A stretch of 64,000 nt of DNA from the human T2T-CHM13v2.0 reference genome, Homo sapiens. The notes beneath the pieces were generated by a model, which had not been told where the DNA came from, searched no databases, and saw nothing but the letters and a program-made list of their open reading frames with translations. Shown here piece by piece: positions 1 to 12,129 of this stretch. How positions within the stretch are numbered: position 1 is the first letter of the stretch; every line of letters starts with the position of its first letter. The DNA lies in NCBI RefSeq assembly GCF_009914755.1, contig NC_060935.1. One strand, given 5' to 3'. The position numbers and the translations under genes are program-made.

Positions 1-620
1 AAATGTAAACTATTAAATAGAAAGAGGCTTTGTGGAATGTAACACATTCTACCTAGGTAAATCACAGAGCAATTACACAGTAAACTTTTCTTTGATGAAG
101 CACTGAAGTGATGACATGTAATTACTTTTCCAATGCTGTACCGTGTGTTTATCAAAATGTTAATGCAAACATAATAACAGGCTGTATGTTTGTGCTGAGA
201 ATGTCAGAGCCATCCAGCTGTCAATCACATCTGAAAATAAAATCGCAAATAAGCAGGCAGCTTGATAACAGGAGTGACAGCCAATAGTCACTCTGCTGAC
301 AAGTACTTTGCTCCCCTCCACCAATCACAGTGTCACTGTAACGTACCTAATAGGAGGAATATATCTTTTAGGAGCTGGAATGAAACCAAGTGGCATAAAT
401 CGGCTGAACTTTGCATGCGACTCCCCCTCCCCCTCTCTGTTAATGGGGCTTCTTTTTGGGGCCAGCAGACCCCATTCCCTCTCCCCACGTTCCTTCAGAT
501 CAGTGCCCTTGTTAAAGGCTGCAGAGCCCACAAACGGGCTGGCATTGTGAAAACTCAATTCAGACCAGGTCTCCCAGCCAACTGGCCTGGTTTAATCAGT
601 CAGCGTCAAGCCCTGCGGTA
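1..620. promoter_or_regulatory. Candidate enhancer / conserved non-coding element (runs off the window start)
   Basis: Repeat-free. Perfect PBX-MEIS/PREP decamer (TGATTGACAG on the minus strand, 218-227), inverted TEAD-like pair GTGGAATGT-aac-ACATTCTAC (32-52), TCF/LEF-like CTTTGAT (90-96), FOX-like GTAAAC, CCAAT at 281 and 321. Function is inferred. Confidence 0.45.
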
Positions 621-726
621 CTTTCCTTGGTCATGGTCACCAACATAGGAAGTCCCAGCCTAGATCTGTCGCAGCCACTGGCTGAGCTAGTTTTTCTTAA
701 AGCTCTTAATGCAATTAAAAAAATCA

Positions 727-1022
727 TTTTAATATTTTTTGAGACAGAGTCTCACTCTGTCACCCAAGCTGGAGTGCAGTGGTGCAATCTTGGCTTACTG
801 CAACCTCTGCCTTGTAGGTTCAAGCAGTTCTCAGGCCTCAGCATTCTGAGTAGCTGTGATTACAGGTACCCACCACCATACTCGGCTAATTTTTGTATTT
901 TTAGTAGAGATGGGGTTTCACCATGTTGGCCAGGCTGATCTCGAACTCTTGGCCTCAAGTGATCTGCCTTCCTCAGCCTCCCTAAGTGCTGGGATTATAG
1001 ATGTGAGCCACTGAGCCCGGCC
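727..1022 (-). mobile_element. AluS (Sz-like) SINE, full length
   Basis: Reverse-complement Alu from gagacagagtctcactctgtcacc to gagcccggcc, with diverged TSD-like aatgcaa..aaaaaa on both sides. Confidence 0.95.
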
Positions 1023-2559
1023 AATGCAACTTTAAAAAACCGAAACAACAGGTGTCTGATTTTAAAGGACAAGTGCCAAAACTGCTAGGGAATCAGAATG
1101 AACTAATTAGTGCTTGCAGGGATACAAGGCCCATTTGAGAGCCTTCCTGGGGTGCATGTATGTAGGGGTGTGCGTATATATGGGTGTGTGTGTAGGGGGG
1201 ATCAAGCCCTAAATAGGCCCCTGATTGGTCAGGTCTTTTCCCATGATCATTTCCTTGTACTCTGGAACATCTAGGAAATGAGCAGTTCAGTCCTGGAAAC
1301 TTTGTTCACCCTGACTCCTGCCCTCTTGACTTTCTCTGAGAACACTTTTCACTGAAGGATCCTTTCAAATGTATCTAAAAATTGCCAACCACTTGTTAAA
1401 GTGTAAGCAGGTGCATACATCTCCTTCTCCTTTAGATTAATGATTGCAGATATTCTTTCCAGTATGGGGCACATTTTAGAATTTTACCTTGCTGTGTGCA
1501 GCAGGGCAGAAGAATGGGCCTACATCCATTGCTGAACCTCCTCTTTCTATCCTTATTGTTACAAAATTCACCTCCTTGGTTAACTGAACTAGCAACACAA
1601 ATCATCCCTACCTATTTGCATTTTGCTGTTACAAAATATAGAGATGGTTTGTCCACCCTGTCCCATGCAATTGTGACCAGGAGAAACGCTCTGGCTCCTG
1701 GTACAAAGAGATAGTCTGGAGGCATCCCAGTAGAACGCAGAATGCAGGGAGGAATTACGTCCCTCAATCCTCTGGTCTGCAGTAATCTTATTTCCATTAT
1801 TTTTCATGCTTTCTGGTGCTGCCAACAAATGTTGCAAAGGCAAGAGCCGATCTTTGACATTCTCGACTGCCTAAAGTGCAGCAAAGAGCTGCTTTAATCC
1901 CCCTTTTGTGCCTGCAATGACTAGAAGAAAATTTTTGATCCCATGCTTGGACTGACTAATGGTGCATTTTGAGTGGCAGCCTTCCACTTCTGCAGAAACT
2001 GTAAAACTCAACCAAACCTGGAAACATTTGAAGTTTCTGGGTTCAAGAACCATGGGTTCAGAGACCCTCACCTCCATGAATATGACTTGTTGGACATTCA
2101 ATGACTGTGCAGTAGAGACAACAGGGGTGAGTGTTTAGATAGACCCAGTAGCTCTGCCTGCTGAGCCCCTCTGCCAGTACTCTAACTTCAATGGATGTGC
2201 ATGATTCTTCCGTTGTAGCAAATATCATTGTAGTAAAAAGTAATACATCTCCTCGTTTAAGTGACAGCAGGTAGGGTTTGTTACTTTAATTCACTTTGCC
2301 TTTCTCTTCTGAAAATTAATTGAGTCAGATACTGAATCTGGAGCCTAACTCCTTGGCAGCTGAGCAGGAGACAGGAGGATCATCATCTGCTATAGAGAGT
2401 TCTTGAGAAGCCAGGAATAGTTAAGAGGAAATTGAGGCAACTTGGAAAGGCAAAGCAGGTCACCAGAAGTGGTAGGAGAGAGATCTTCAAGCAGCACAGC
2501 AGTTAAAGAACTTTATAGCCTCTTCCCAACAAATGCTCATTGTCGCACTTCCTGTCACC

Positions 2560-2970
2560 TCTCTCTCCTGCATCCCTCTCTATCTATGTTCCAGGCACAC
2601 GGGACTTTGCATTACTTCCAAAGGTCATGGTCACCGTCACAATTTCCATGACCTTACTCATGCTGGCAACTCTGCTTGAAACGTCCTTAACTCATCTTCT
2701 CCACCTGGAAAAAATCCAAACCTTTGATGAAGTTTGGGTAAAGTCACTTTCTGCAGTGGAGAATGCTCCAGGAAGAATGTATTGTTCTTACGTCAGCACT
2801 CCCATAAAACCTCTATTTTAGCATTTACTTCCTTACACATAGACTTTTTCCATTCCCACTTCACACTGTGAGGATCTCCTGGACAAGCATTAGTCTCAGA
2901 ACTTATGTTTGGAACTCTTACACAGGCTGGATTTTCTAAAAGCTACTAAAAAAATGCTTGTTTGAAATTA
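2560..2970 (+). mobile_element. L2 3' fragment, highly diverged
   Basis: Resembles the L2 3' region by eye and ends in a tgcttgtttgaa-type tail. Bounds approximate. Confidence 0.5.
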
Positions 2971-3054
2971 AAGATCCAATGTTAGAAAGTATGTTATATT
3001 AAAAAATGGCCATCCTATATTACCCAGAATCAAAATTGGAATGGAGAGGTGGAG

Positions 3055-3238
3055 ACATAGGTTTTGAATCGATACAAAGAACTTTCTGATCACTGGAGCA
3101 GTTCAACAATGGAAGCTTCTCAAAGACATGAGCCCCCTGTTCCTGCAGGTATTAAAGTGGAGGGTGACTGGCCACCCGGGGAGATTGACAAGTGATTGCA
3201 ATGATCCTTATGATGCTTTTCAATCTTAACACTCTATG
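3055..3238 (+). mobile_element. L3/CR1 3' end
   Basis: Ends gatccttatgatgcttttcaatcttaacactctatga, similar to the CR1/L3 terminus gtcccttccaactctaagattctatga. Confidence 0.55.
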
Positions 3239-3308
3239 AGGCATTGGGCCTACATGGATAAGTAAACAAAATTGTTCAAGTCTATTAATTAGAAAAAGTT
3301 CTCTAGTA

Positions 3309-3483
3309 CCGTGGTTCTCAGTGTGTATAAGATTCACTTGCAGAGCTTGTTAAGAAGCCTGGGTCCACCCGCAGAAATTCTGTTCAGTAACATGGAGGTG
3401 GTCACTGAGAATCTGCATTTTAAACAATCCCTCCAGATGACTCTGCTGGAAGCAGCTCTAGGATTGTCATTGGAGAAGCATGG
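3309..3483 (-). mobile_element. MER5-family hAT-Charlie MITE
   Basis: TIR-like ends (ccgtggttctc / gagaagcatgg), internal gaatctgcatttt motif, NTCTAGAN-like flanks ctctagta and ttctagag. Confidence 0.75.
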
Positions 3484-5689
3484 TTCTAGAGTGTGCCAAT
3501 CGATGGGCCTCCCTAAGCCCTCTGTTATTTAACACATCTTTACTCATGTTGACATAAAGTCAGCCCAACCTGCAGGTATGTCCCAATACATGTGCATTAA
3601 AAAGTTTATACTCTGGGCTCAAAGTTCAAGCACAGAGAGAATTGCAAATCTACAAAGCGTGACCGCCAGGATGAGGGGCTATCCCTGGGAAAATAGCTAG
3701 GAGAGGTCTGAGGAAGGCTGACTGGGTTCATGACAGACACACCACAAGGGGAGGCAAGGTCTCACCTCTCTAAAGTCAAAGACAACATAGCACGCCACGG
3801 GGTAAAATAGCAAATGCATAAGCAAGCAAGGATCGTGACCCAGGAAACTAATTAATCGATTCATCAAATGACAGGTTTTGAGGCATCTTCTAGAGAAATG
3901 AGATAAGGAGATTTGCCAAGATTGTGGAAGTTCTCAGAAGCAATGATGTCATCTCTCGGTGGAGGCTAATGAAGTGGAAAAGCATAGCAACCATCTTTCA
4001 GTACAGAGCTGCAGTGGTGAGTAGATATCAGAAATGCAACCAATGGTTGCTTGGCAATGGAATGGCTTCCAATTAGACAGTCAACACATGACAGAGTCTG
4101 CAGAATTAAACTTCATTTGGAGTTGAAAACTTAATGTTGAGTGAAAAGGCAATAGGTTAAGAGATTTGTGTATTGTATTTTAAACATAAAGACTCTTCCA
4201 CAAATCCAAGTTAATAGAGAAGGCCCTTGGATTCAGATTGGACAGTGGTAGGAAATAGGGTTATTTCAAAGACCTTGCATATGGGAGAGGAATATGATGC
4301 CCACAGATGGCCATGGGTACTATATTCTTTATTCTTGGACAACGACTTACTTTTCCATTTTTTACATTTCAGCTTTGAGAAAGATCCCAGATGCAGGGCT
4401 GTGTGAAGTCAAGATGTTTCAAGTGTAACTGGATCCCAAAATGGGAACACAGTGGGAAGCATAAAATATCCCAGTATGGTGCCATCTTCTACAGTGTCCA
4501 TGTTGGCTTCATGAACACCCCAGAGAAAGAAAGACAGCAACATGAAAACATAGAGTATGTTCTCAAAATGGACACTTGGAGAAATTTTCAGGCGTATGTT
4601 TATCAAATGCATTTGGTTTCTTAGGAAAGACAGGTTTAGTACAGATAATCCTGGAATCCCAGCATCCCTAAGATCTATTTAATTTTCGTTTGCATTGTTT
4701 GTGAATACAATGATCATATCAATCATCATTGTCAACCTCATCATCGTTATCATCATCAAAGTTATTCTCTGAGAAATAACTGAGAAAAAGCCAGAAATGC
4801 TGAATCTGCCTTATTTTTTTCTAGCAGGTAATTCTTTCATGGTTACTGGGCATCCCTTCTTTTCTGAATAAGAGAGTATCACTTAGCTGAAGGACAGAGC
4901 AGAGGGCAGCAGGCTGGCTCCCGAGCTACCTTAGGTTGTATGCCTCAGGCATGCCCCACTGTGCTGTCTAATTCTAGGGTACTTTGGGCTTTGAAAGAGG
5001 TTTCACTTTTCTATTTGGCAACAAATGTTTCATCTAAAAAAGTGTGAGGCTCACAGATAAGCATGATTTTACCACTGTCTACATTAACTGATTATGGGAT
5101 ATTGAACCTAATCAGTAAAGATAAGAAATATGACTAAGAAACAGTTTTCTTTCTTCCCACATTTAATGCGTTCCTCACTTTAATTTTGCATTCTCATCTG
5201 CTCTTCTCTAGCTCAATGTCTTGACTCTTTTCCACTCTTTTCTCTTTGCTGTGCTTTGATACTCCCTGCCCACATGACATTCCTGTTAGTCCTAGTGAAG
5301 AGGCTAAGTGGTTTTGACCCACGAATACTTACAGATGGTGCTGCAAACCCAGCTCTGAGGATGCAAAGGGTGCAGAAATGTCTCAATGTTGGGAGATAGC
5401 CCTGAAGTGTACAAATCCTAAGTATAGCTCCCTGCATGATGATAATGGACTCACTAATATCTATTTTCAGCAGCCCCACACTGCCTCTTCGGAATCTCTC
5501 CTGAGGGCTAAGTGCATGGATATTTCATTGACTGGCTTCATTTGTACTGCCTCAGCCCCACTGTATCTCCTACCAGCGCTAATAAAAAAATATGGCTCAT
5601 TAGACAAGAAGTGGGCTCACTACTTCTTGTCTGGGTTAACTTTGTTCACCAAAGATAAACTTCATTTTTAAACTGAAGGTCTTCTGCCT

Positions 5690-6030
5690 GAAAACACAGC
5701 CATGTTTTGTGCTACATTCCAAAACAGGTGTTGGATAATTCAGTAATTAGTATGCACATCTAACTTCATGCAGCCTCTGTTGATCTCTCAATTATAGTTA
5801 GCTGGGTCCTCTGAAGTTTTCTGTAGTTAATTAGAGCATTATTGAACAGTTGGGATGGAGAGCCAAGCTCTGCAATCAGTTGACAGCTTGGTCCCATGAA
5901 CTAAGCATTGGGCTGGTCCTTGACTGGGGAATGACAGTCTTCAGGGTGACCCAGTGCCAGAATGGGTTAGATTGTCTTTTGAATAACAGCTGGAGGGAGG
6001 CCTCTTTTATGAGCTGAGAATAATGGTCAC
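5690..6030. promoter_or_regulatory. Candidate conserved non-coding element
   Basis: Repeat-free block with TAATTA cores (gtaattag, ttaattag), TGACAG and a CAGCTG E-box. Inference only. Confidence 0.3.
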
Positions 6031-7069
6031 ATTCCTTATTCTGCCCCACTCTTGACAGGAAAATTCACATTCCAATGGTGATCAGTTTCAGAAATGTCTC
6101 CTCAGGGGAAAAAGGAAACTTTCAACATTCAAGAAAAAAGGATAATTGTTCTGAGCAGGCTCCAGAAAGTCAAAACCTAAGGTGAACACGTGAGTTAGTG
6201 CTCAGTCTCCCTATCTCATATGGTTTCACCTTGACTCCCCTCCCAGAAGAATTCAGGAAAAGCACAGGGGGACAGCAGGAAGGTGCATGAAGGGACCCAC
6301 ATGAGATGCACTGCACACCAAATTCTAGAAGGCAATTTGGAAATGATTGCTTCTGAATAATTGAGGTATCATGTCATCTGCAACATCCGAGTCTGACTGT
6401 CCAAAGCTCCTGATAATTGCCCAGGTTCCATTTTGAATGCAGCCCGTGAGTATTAGAGCAAGCATGCATTCATCACTTTAAGACCAAAAGACAAGCATGT
6501 CTTGTCAGTGGAACGGAGGGGAGATGCTTTGGGGACTGGAGGCTAAGAAGCAAGAAGCATTACTGATTATGGTCATGGTCAGCGTGCTTTCCAAGGAGAA
6601 TTCTCCCCGCTGCCCAAATTTAGCTTCTGTGCTGTTCTTTTTCCAAATTTATGAAGTCAGAAGGGTCACTGCTCTCTCCTCAGCAAGTTGTGAGGCATGT
6701 TGTTCTGTAACCCACCCCTCACTGCAGGGATCTGGGCTGGCTTACTGAGTAGGTTTTCATTTCCCAGCCTCTCCTCTCTCCCACCCCCACCAACCAAGGG
6801 TCCCCAATGTGGCCAAGAATGTAAAGACAGCAGAATGACACACATGGCTGAAATAATGTTTAGATTTAACTAAATGTTGGAAATAGAATTGGTACAGTGA
6901 AAAGAAGGCTGCCTTTGGCAGGATCTCATCTCTACTCAACCGCTGAGTAACCAATGTAAGTATTACTTTTCTCCATCATATTAGAAAAATGAAGATAGGC
7001 GTAACCTTCAGAATCAGTTAAACATAGGTGAGGTCACCTGTCTCCCTGGGGATGGAATGAGACAGCACA

Positions 7070-7305
7070 GCACAGGAGAGAGGGGGTGGGAACAGGGGTC
7101 AGAAGGTAGAAGCTTGATTCCTATCTCTCCTCTTTGCTCAGTGAGTGGTCTTGGGCAAATCTTGTATTAATGTGGACATCAATTCCTTTAACCATAAACA
7201 GGAATCAATAGGACCTATGCTATACACCCACAGTATCAAGGGGAGGACTGAAAGTAAAAACTACTGTGTGAGAGTACTTTGGAATCTGCAAAGAGTGATA
7301 TAAAC
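7070..7305 (+). mobile_element. MIR SINE (MIRc/MIR3-like)
   Basis: Core gtggtcttgggcaaatc and 3' end agtactttggaatctgcaaagagtgatataaa. Confidence 0.65.
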
Positions 7306-7538
7306 AAACATACAGCACATACTGGAGTGAGGCAGGTGTGTGATCAAGTGGGCTGAATTGATTGCCAGGAAGCTTGGGAGAAAATTCTGAGAGTTTGGGA
7401 CACTAGACAGCAGCCACAAAGGCTGACATCAGACAATTTACAATTCAGAGCTCTCTGGGGCCTAGAGGAGTCTTTGAAGTGAGGGAGCTCAGTTCAGCTC
7501 TTCTACCTCAATCCCACTCTGCTGTGCTGTGAATTTAA

Positions 7539-7584
7539 AGGGCCCGTGCCAGATTCTCACCAGGGCCCGTGCCAGATTCTTACC
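7539..7584. repeat. 23-bp tandem duplication
   Basis: agggcccgtgccagattctcacc / agggcccgtgccagattcttacc, 1 mismatch. Confidence 0.95.
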
Positions 7585-8059
7585 AGGCTGCCTACAAATC
7601 AGGGAAGAGCATAGGAGGGCGCAACAAAAGTTCTAGGACTTCTGTCTTGATCACCACCCCACACTGCTCTTTCCTTCATTAATCATTATTTATAAAGGCT
7701 AGACCAGAGGCCCTGAATCAGGCACTAGACTTTGCCAAGTCCCACTTATCTTAGAATGTGTTGCTAAGACCCTCACGAGGCCCTCCCATTCCAAGATGTA
7801 TCATTTCAGGATTCCATGGTTCCCAATCAGAAGTTCATTAAAAAGATAGTAATTAGACCAGGTGACGCCGCTCGAGGTTTACTAAGTGTCCTTCAGCTCA
7901 ATTCAATAAACATTGCAGACTGACCGTGGGCAAGACAACAGACCAGGCCCTAGAGCAGTAGCACTGACCCATTTCATTGTCGACAGTGATTAAAGGAGAT
8001 GAAACCCATTTGTGAGTTTATGAATGTATACACACCTGGATTGCTGGTGCTGTTGTTTT

Positions 8060-8195
8060 CTCATGTTGATGTTCCTAACACTCCTATGGGGTGGGCAGGG
8101 AAGGCCTTATCATTCCCATTTTACAGAGTAATCCACAGTCCACGGAGATTAAGATCCCATACTTAGATAAATGGTGGAGCCAAGACTTACCCAAG
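8060..8195 (-). mobile_element. MIR fragment
   Basis: ttatcattcccattttacagag is the reverse MIR core. Confidence 0.6.
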
Positions 8196-8209
8196 GGGTG
8201 TGCCTGTGT

Positions 8210-8632
8210 TGTAACAGATTTACTGAAGTATGATTGCACACAATAAATAACGTCGTTAAAGTAGTATACAAGGTGAGGGGTTCTGCCGTGTGTACACTCA
8301 TGAAACCATCACCACGATCAGGACTGCAAACACGTCCATCACCCCCACCAAAGTTTTCTCTTCCCCTTAGTGACCCCTCCCTTTTTCCCTCCCCCTCTTT
8401 ATTCTCCCCCTGCCCCTCAAGTACCCAGGGATCTGCTTTTTGTCTTGAAAGACTAGTTTGCCTTTTTAAAAAATACTTCATATAAATAAAATCACATAAT
8501 ATGAACCTTTTGGCTGGCTTCTTTCACTTGGCATAATTACATTGACATTCGTCATCATTACTGCGTGATCAGTAGTCCATTCCTTTCTACTGCTGAGGAA
8601 TATCCCATTGTGTGGAGGCACCATGATTTGTT
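8210..8632 (-). mobile_element. L1M (L1MC/ME-like) 3' end
   Basis: Typical antisense L1M 3' UTR motifs: gaaaccatcaccac, ggcttctttcacttggcataat, cattcctttctactgctgag..tcccattgtgtgga. Confidence 0.8.
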
Positions 8633-8949
8633 TTGGTTTGATGTCCAATGATTTTTTAAAAATTGTTCTTCTTGGAAAAAAAAAGGAGAAGAAAAAAAGT
8701 CAATTCCCTCTTCTCCTCCCAGAACTCTAAATGATTACCACTCAAGTCTTGTTTCTCAAATATTTCCTGGTTAAATGGACAAATATATTACAGGCCACAT
8801 CAGGGCTTCTATGCACAGCTTCGGGAAGAATCAGTTTCAGTACGTTTTATTGGAACCTGCACATTGAGACGACAGCTTCTTTGCTTGTAGACAAGGAGAA
8901 CTCACAAAGGCATAAACAATAGAGAACTTTGGAAAAATTATGAGAGCAA

Positions 8950-9240
8950 TTTAAGAGTGGATAATTAGATATCTTTTGCAGGGTGTTAGGGAAATTAAAT
9001 TAGCTTTTTTTAAAAATCAAGGTTTGTGGGAATCACTTCATAAAAAATATCTCCGTGACTGATTATTTTTCTAACATTCTTCGCCTTTCTTCCTTGCATA
9101 TCCAAGGAAGTGGCACTTTTAGCCCTTAGCTGTGGCAGCCAATCATAGCCTCTAATTGCATTCACTGCATAAATTGTCAGTGTCATGAATAATAAAATTA
9201 GTTTAAATAAACCCCCAGCCACAATCACAAATAACTATCT
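8950..9240. promoter_or_regulatory. Candidate conserved non-coding element
   Basis: Repeat-free and AT-rich, with ataattag, ctaattgc, cataaa (posterior HOX/CDX-like), GGAAGT (ETS), TGGCAGCCAA and TGTCAG. Inference. Confidence 0.35.
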
Positions 9241-10079
9241 GGTGGAGGATCTTGTGTCCTTTCATTCTAGGGGGATGGGTCAGTGCAATCTCTGTAGTTA
9301 AATTCTTGAGTTAAAATGAAGATAAAATTATTGGGGAGGTGGGGATAGAGCTGAGGGGTGAAAGTGGGAGGAGAATGGTTTCTGGCTCCCGGCAGGTTCA
9401 TGAAAGAGAAAGGGTCTTCTTCCTGAGCAGCCTTCCGAGAGTGCCTCATACCTAAGACAGTCAGCCCTGACCAGCAACAATAGCCGAGAAAGGGCTTGTA
9501 CTGGCCATGCCAGAGTCTAGAGGGAAGAGCTTGGGGCTCAGAGACTGAGCAGTCCTGCGTGCTCCTGTGGTGGCCTAATGTGACCTATTATCCAGCAACT
9601 CCCATCTATTTCTGAAAACTCCACGTGCTGGTCTGGCACTCTAATTGTCCAATCTGCTGCTCAATTTTCAACAGGATCTCATCAAGCACTTTGCCATTTA
9701 ATGGTGACCAAATCCCTCCAGTTTTCTGCTCCCTGGCTGTGGACAGAAGGCACCTGGAGGGGTGCTGTGGGAGTCCCGTGGCTGCACATCCTGGCAAAAG
9801 GAGTTCATTTCGATGGCCAAGCAGCTTCTATCAGCTTTTCTCTTTCTTTACAGGCCCTGCCCAAATACTCTGCCTTCTGTAGACTCTACTGAAGCCACTA
9901 GGGTGAGTGAGAGAGTAGACGACTGCAAACATGAGCGTCCCCCAGTCCCAGCACCACAGCGGCCTGCCTGTGCCCAGCGCTGCCCCAGCATCCTCCCAAC
10001 CACTGTCCTCAGCATTGTTTCAATAGGAGTCACATGATTTTCCAAAACACAATCCCTTCTTTCAACCTGAGCCTCAGCT

Positions 10080-10400
10080 CCCTGATATGTTAATTCCCAG
10101 GCTGATTCCAGTGCTGTTGGTCCCCCGCTTGGTTCATTACATTTCTGAGCCCACTCTGCTGCCTTTATTTAATGAGGTTTATTGTTTGTGCTTAGTAATT
10201 TTCAAAGGCCCATCACCCTCTTTGAGTTTGCCCTTAGATCTTCAGCCTGCCAAAGAGGTGGGCTTTTGAAGCTACCTTTATTAATTCAGTACCTAGCTTC
10301 TGCATTTAATGGCACATGGGTTTGAAGTGTACATAAGCCACAGTGGAAACATCTGAGAAGCGTCCCAAGATACTGCAAATTATAAAGGGTGATTAGGAAA
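10080..10400. promoter_or_regulatory. Candidate conserved non-coding element
   Basis: Repeat-free, with tttattta/ttaatg, attgttt (SOX/FOX-like) and tcaaagg (TCF-like). Inference. Confidence 0.3.
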
Positions 10401-11197
10401 TAGCATGGCTCTCTATCTTCTCATGCCTTAGAACTTTATTCCTTATATCAAAAAGATCCTGGGATATCAAAATATCACTGTCTGACTCTGATAATGACTT
10501 CCCAGAGTTTCAGACATTGGTGGAAAAAAGATATAATTTTAATTATCAGCAGCTCCACTTAAAAAAATCTTCAGCTATTGTAAAGGGCAAGGAGCTGGAA
10601 GGAAAGGCAGAAGAGGAGGCAAGAGGTGAGCCCATGTCCTACTAAATGCCTGCAAAGTGGCTGTCTTTGAGAGCGCTCCACAGTCCCTGCCATGGATGGA
10701 TTCCTTGGAAAGAGATGCACAGGGTGCTCCGACTGTTAGTCTGTCCTGCTATCACTATCACTGTCAGGGAGCAAACGGCAGAAGCCAGTCTCAGGGAAGC
10801 CAGTGGCCTGACAGTTAAGGCAAATGCACAGACTTCAGAAATCACACCAAAACAGCTTGGCTTCTAAGATGCAGCCCTGACCGGCTGACTCAAAGGAAGT
10901 TGGCTGGCAGGTTCTGCGATCCCTGGAGATGGGCAGGGCTGGGGTCAGACTCCGGTGACAGCAGCAGTGGACACAATCCAGGACTTCCCAGTGAGGTCTG
11001 TCTTTTCTTTGAAAGGGACAGAGGAGTGTGGTCCTTGGGACATCTAGCCCAGGGAAAGAAATCTTGCCCAAGAATACATATGAATATCTGCAAAAACAAA
11101 GTTGGGGTTTGATATCTTTCAGGAAGCCTAGGAATTCTAGGCCACTGCCAGCATTGGGAATGGTTGGCTCCCTTCCCCTTCCTTCCATGCCCAGCTG

Positions 11198-11305
11198 GAG
11201 ACAGAATGCTGGACTCTGGGTGCCTGAATTCTGATCCTGGCTCTATCAGTGTCTCTGTGCACCAGAGAGAGGCCACTTAGCCTCCCTTGGCCTCAATGGC
11301 TTCTT
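11198..11305 (+). mobile_element. MIR fragment
   Basis: cctgaattctgatcctggctct...ccacttagcctcccttggcctca matches the MIR 5' region and core. Confidence 0.55.
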
Positions 11306-11759
11306 GGTGATCTTCCAATAATTTTTAGCAGTAGAAGCTTTCCTTTCCTAATTGAAATTTTACAGGGAACAATATTTAAAATAGCTAAGAGGGGCTGCCA
11401 TGCCTGAGGGTGGTCCCTGCCTGCTCTGTTTTCTTCATCCCCTTCGTACCCTCCTGCTCAGCAGAAGCTGAGGGACTCCAGGGGACCCCAGCCCTCCTCA
11501 GGACCCACCGTGGAAGCAGAACTCCCAACTGTCTTTCTCACTGCTTGTGGTTTGTAAGTTTTATGACTCGATTTTAATCTGTACCATTTAGGATATGCTC
11601 AGGAGGGGCCCTGGGAGAGGCACAAGTGGCAGCTTTTTTTTCTTGAAAAATCAGCTATTATTTATCCTTAAGGAAGAAAAAAAGCAACCCTGAGAAAATG
11701 ATTTTCTTTTCACAGCCTTATTACAAATGCTGAGCACAGCTAGAAGTAAGGCCTGGCTC

Positions 11760-11809
11760 TGTGCACGTGTGTGTGCATGTGCACGTGTGTATGTATTATG
11801 TGTGTGTGT
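11760..11809. repeat. Imperfect (TG)n / purine-pyrimidine tract
   Basis: gtgcacgtgtgtgtgcatgtgcacgtgtgtatgt... Confidence 0.85.
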
Positions 11810-12129
11810 TTCCGGTGGGCAGGTGTGGCTGGAGGCATGACCCCTTTTCTCTGGTTGATTTCATCTCCAGTAGCCAAGTAGAAACTACAGCATGACCTGA
11901 CTTCTATGCCCCCAGCACTATGGCCATGACAGCCTCCAGATAGGAGAAGGGTCTGGCTTCATTGACATTTCCACGGTAGTGCATACAGCCCTCGAGACCT
12001 ACTCAAGAGAGGACAAAAGAGAGGCTCGGGTAGAGCTTATCTAGTGGATGAACCTGCTCCTAGACACAGAGCACTGCCTGGCATCCCTGCTGCAGAATCG
12101 GGCTAGGATAGGGCTGAGTATTCTAATTG

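Noticed and set aside
627-938. Alu-derived ORFs (also at 14436, 20136, 30970, 54044 and 56884)
   Set aside because: Typical Alu translations ([23 protein letters not shown]), not genes.
4812-4833. ttttctAG-cag-GTaatt 3-nt microexon pattern
   Set aside because: Weak donor, no host coding gene, and likely to occur by chance.
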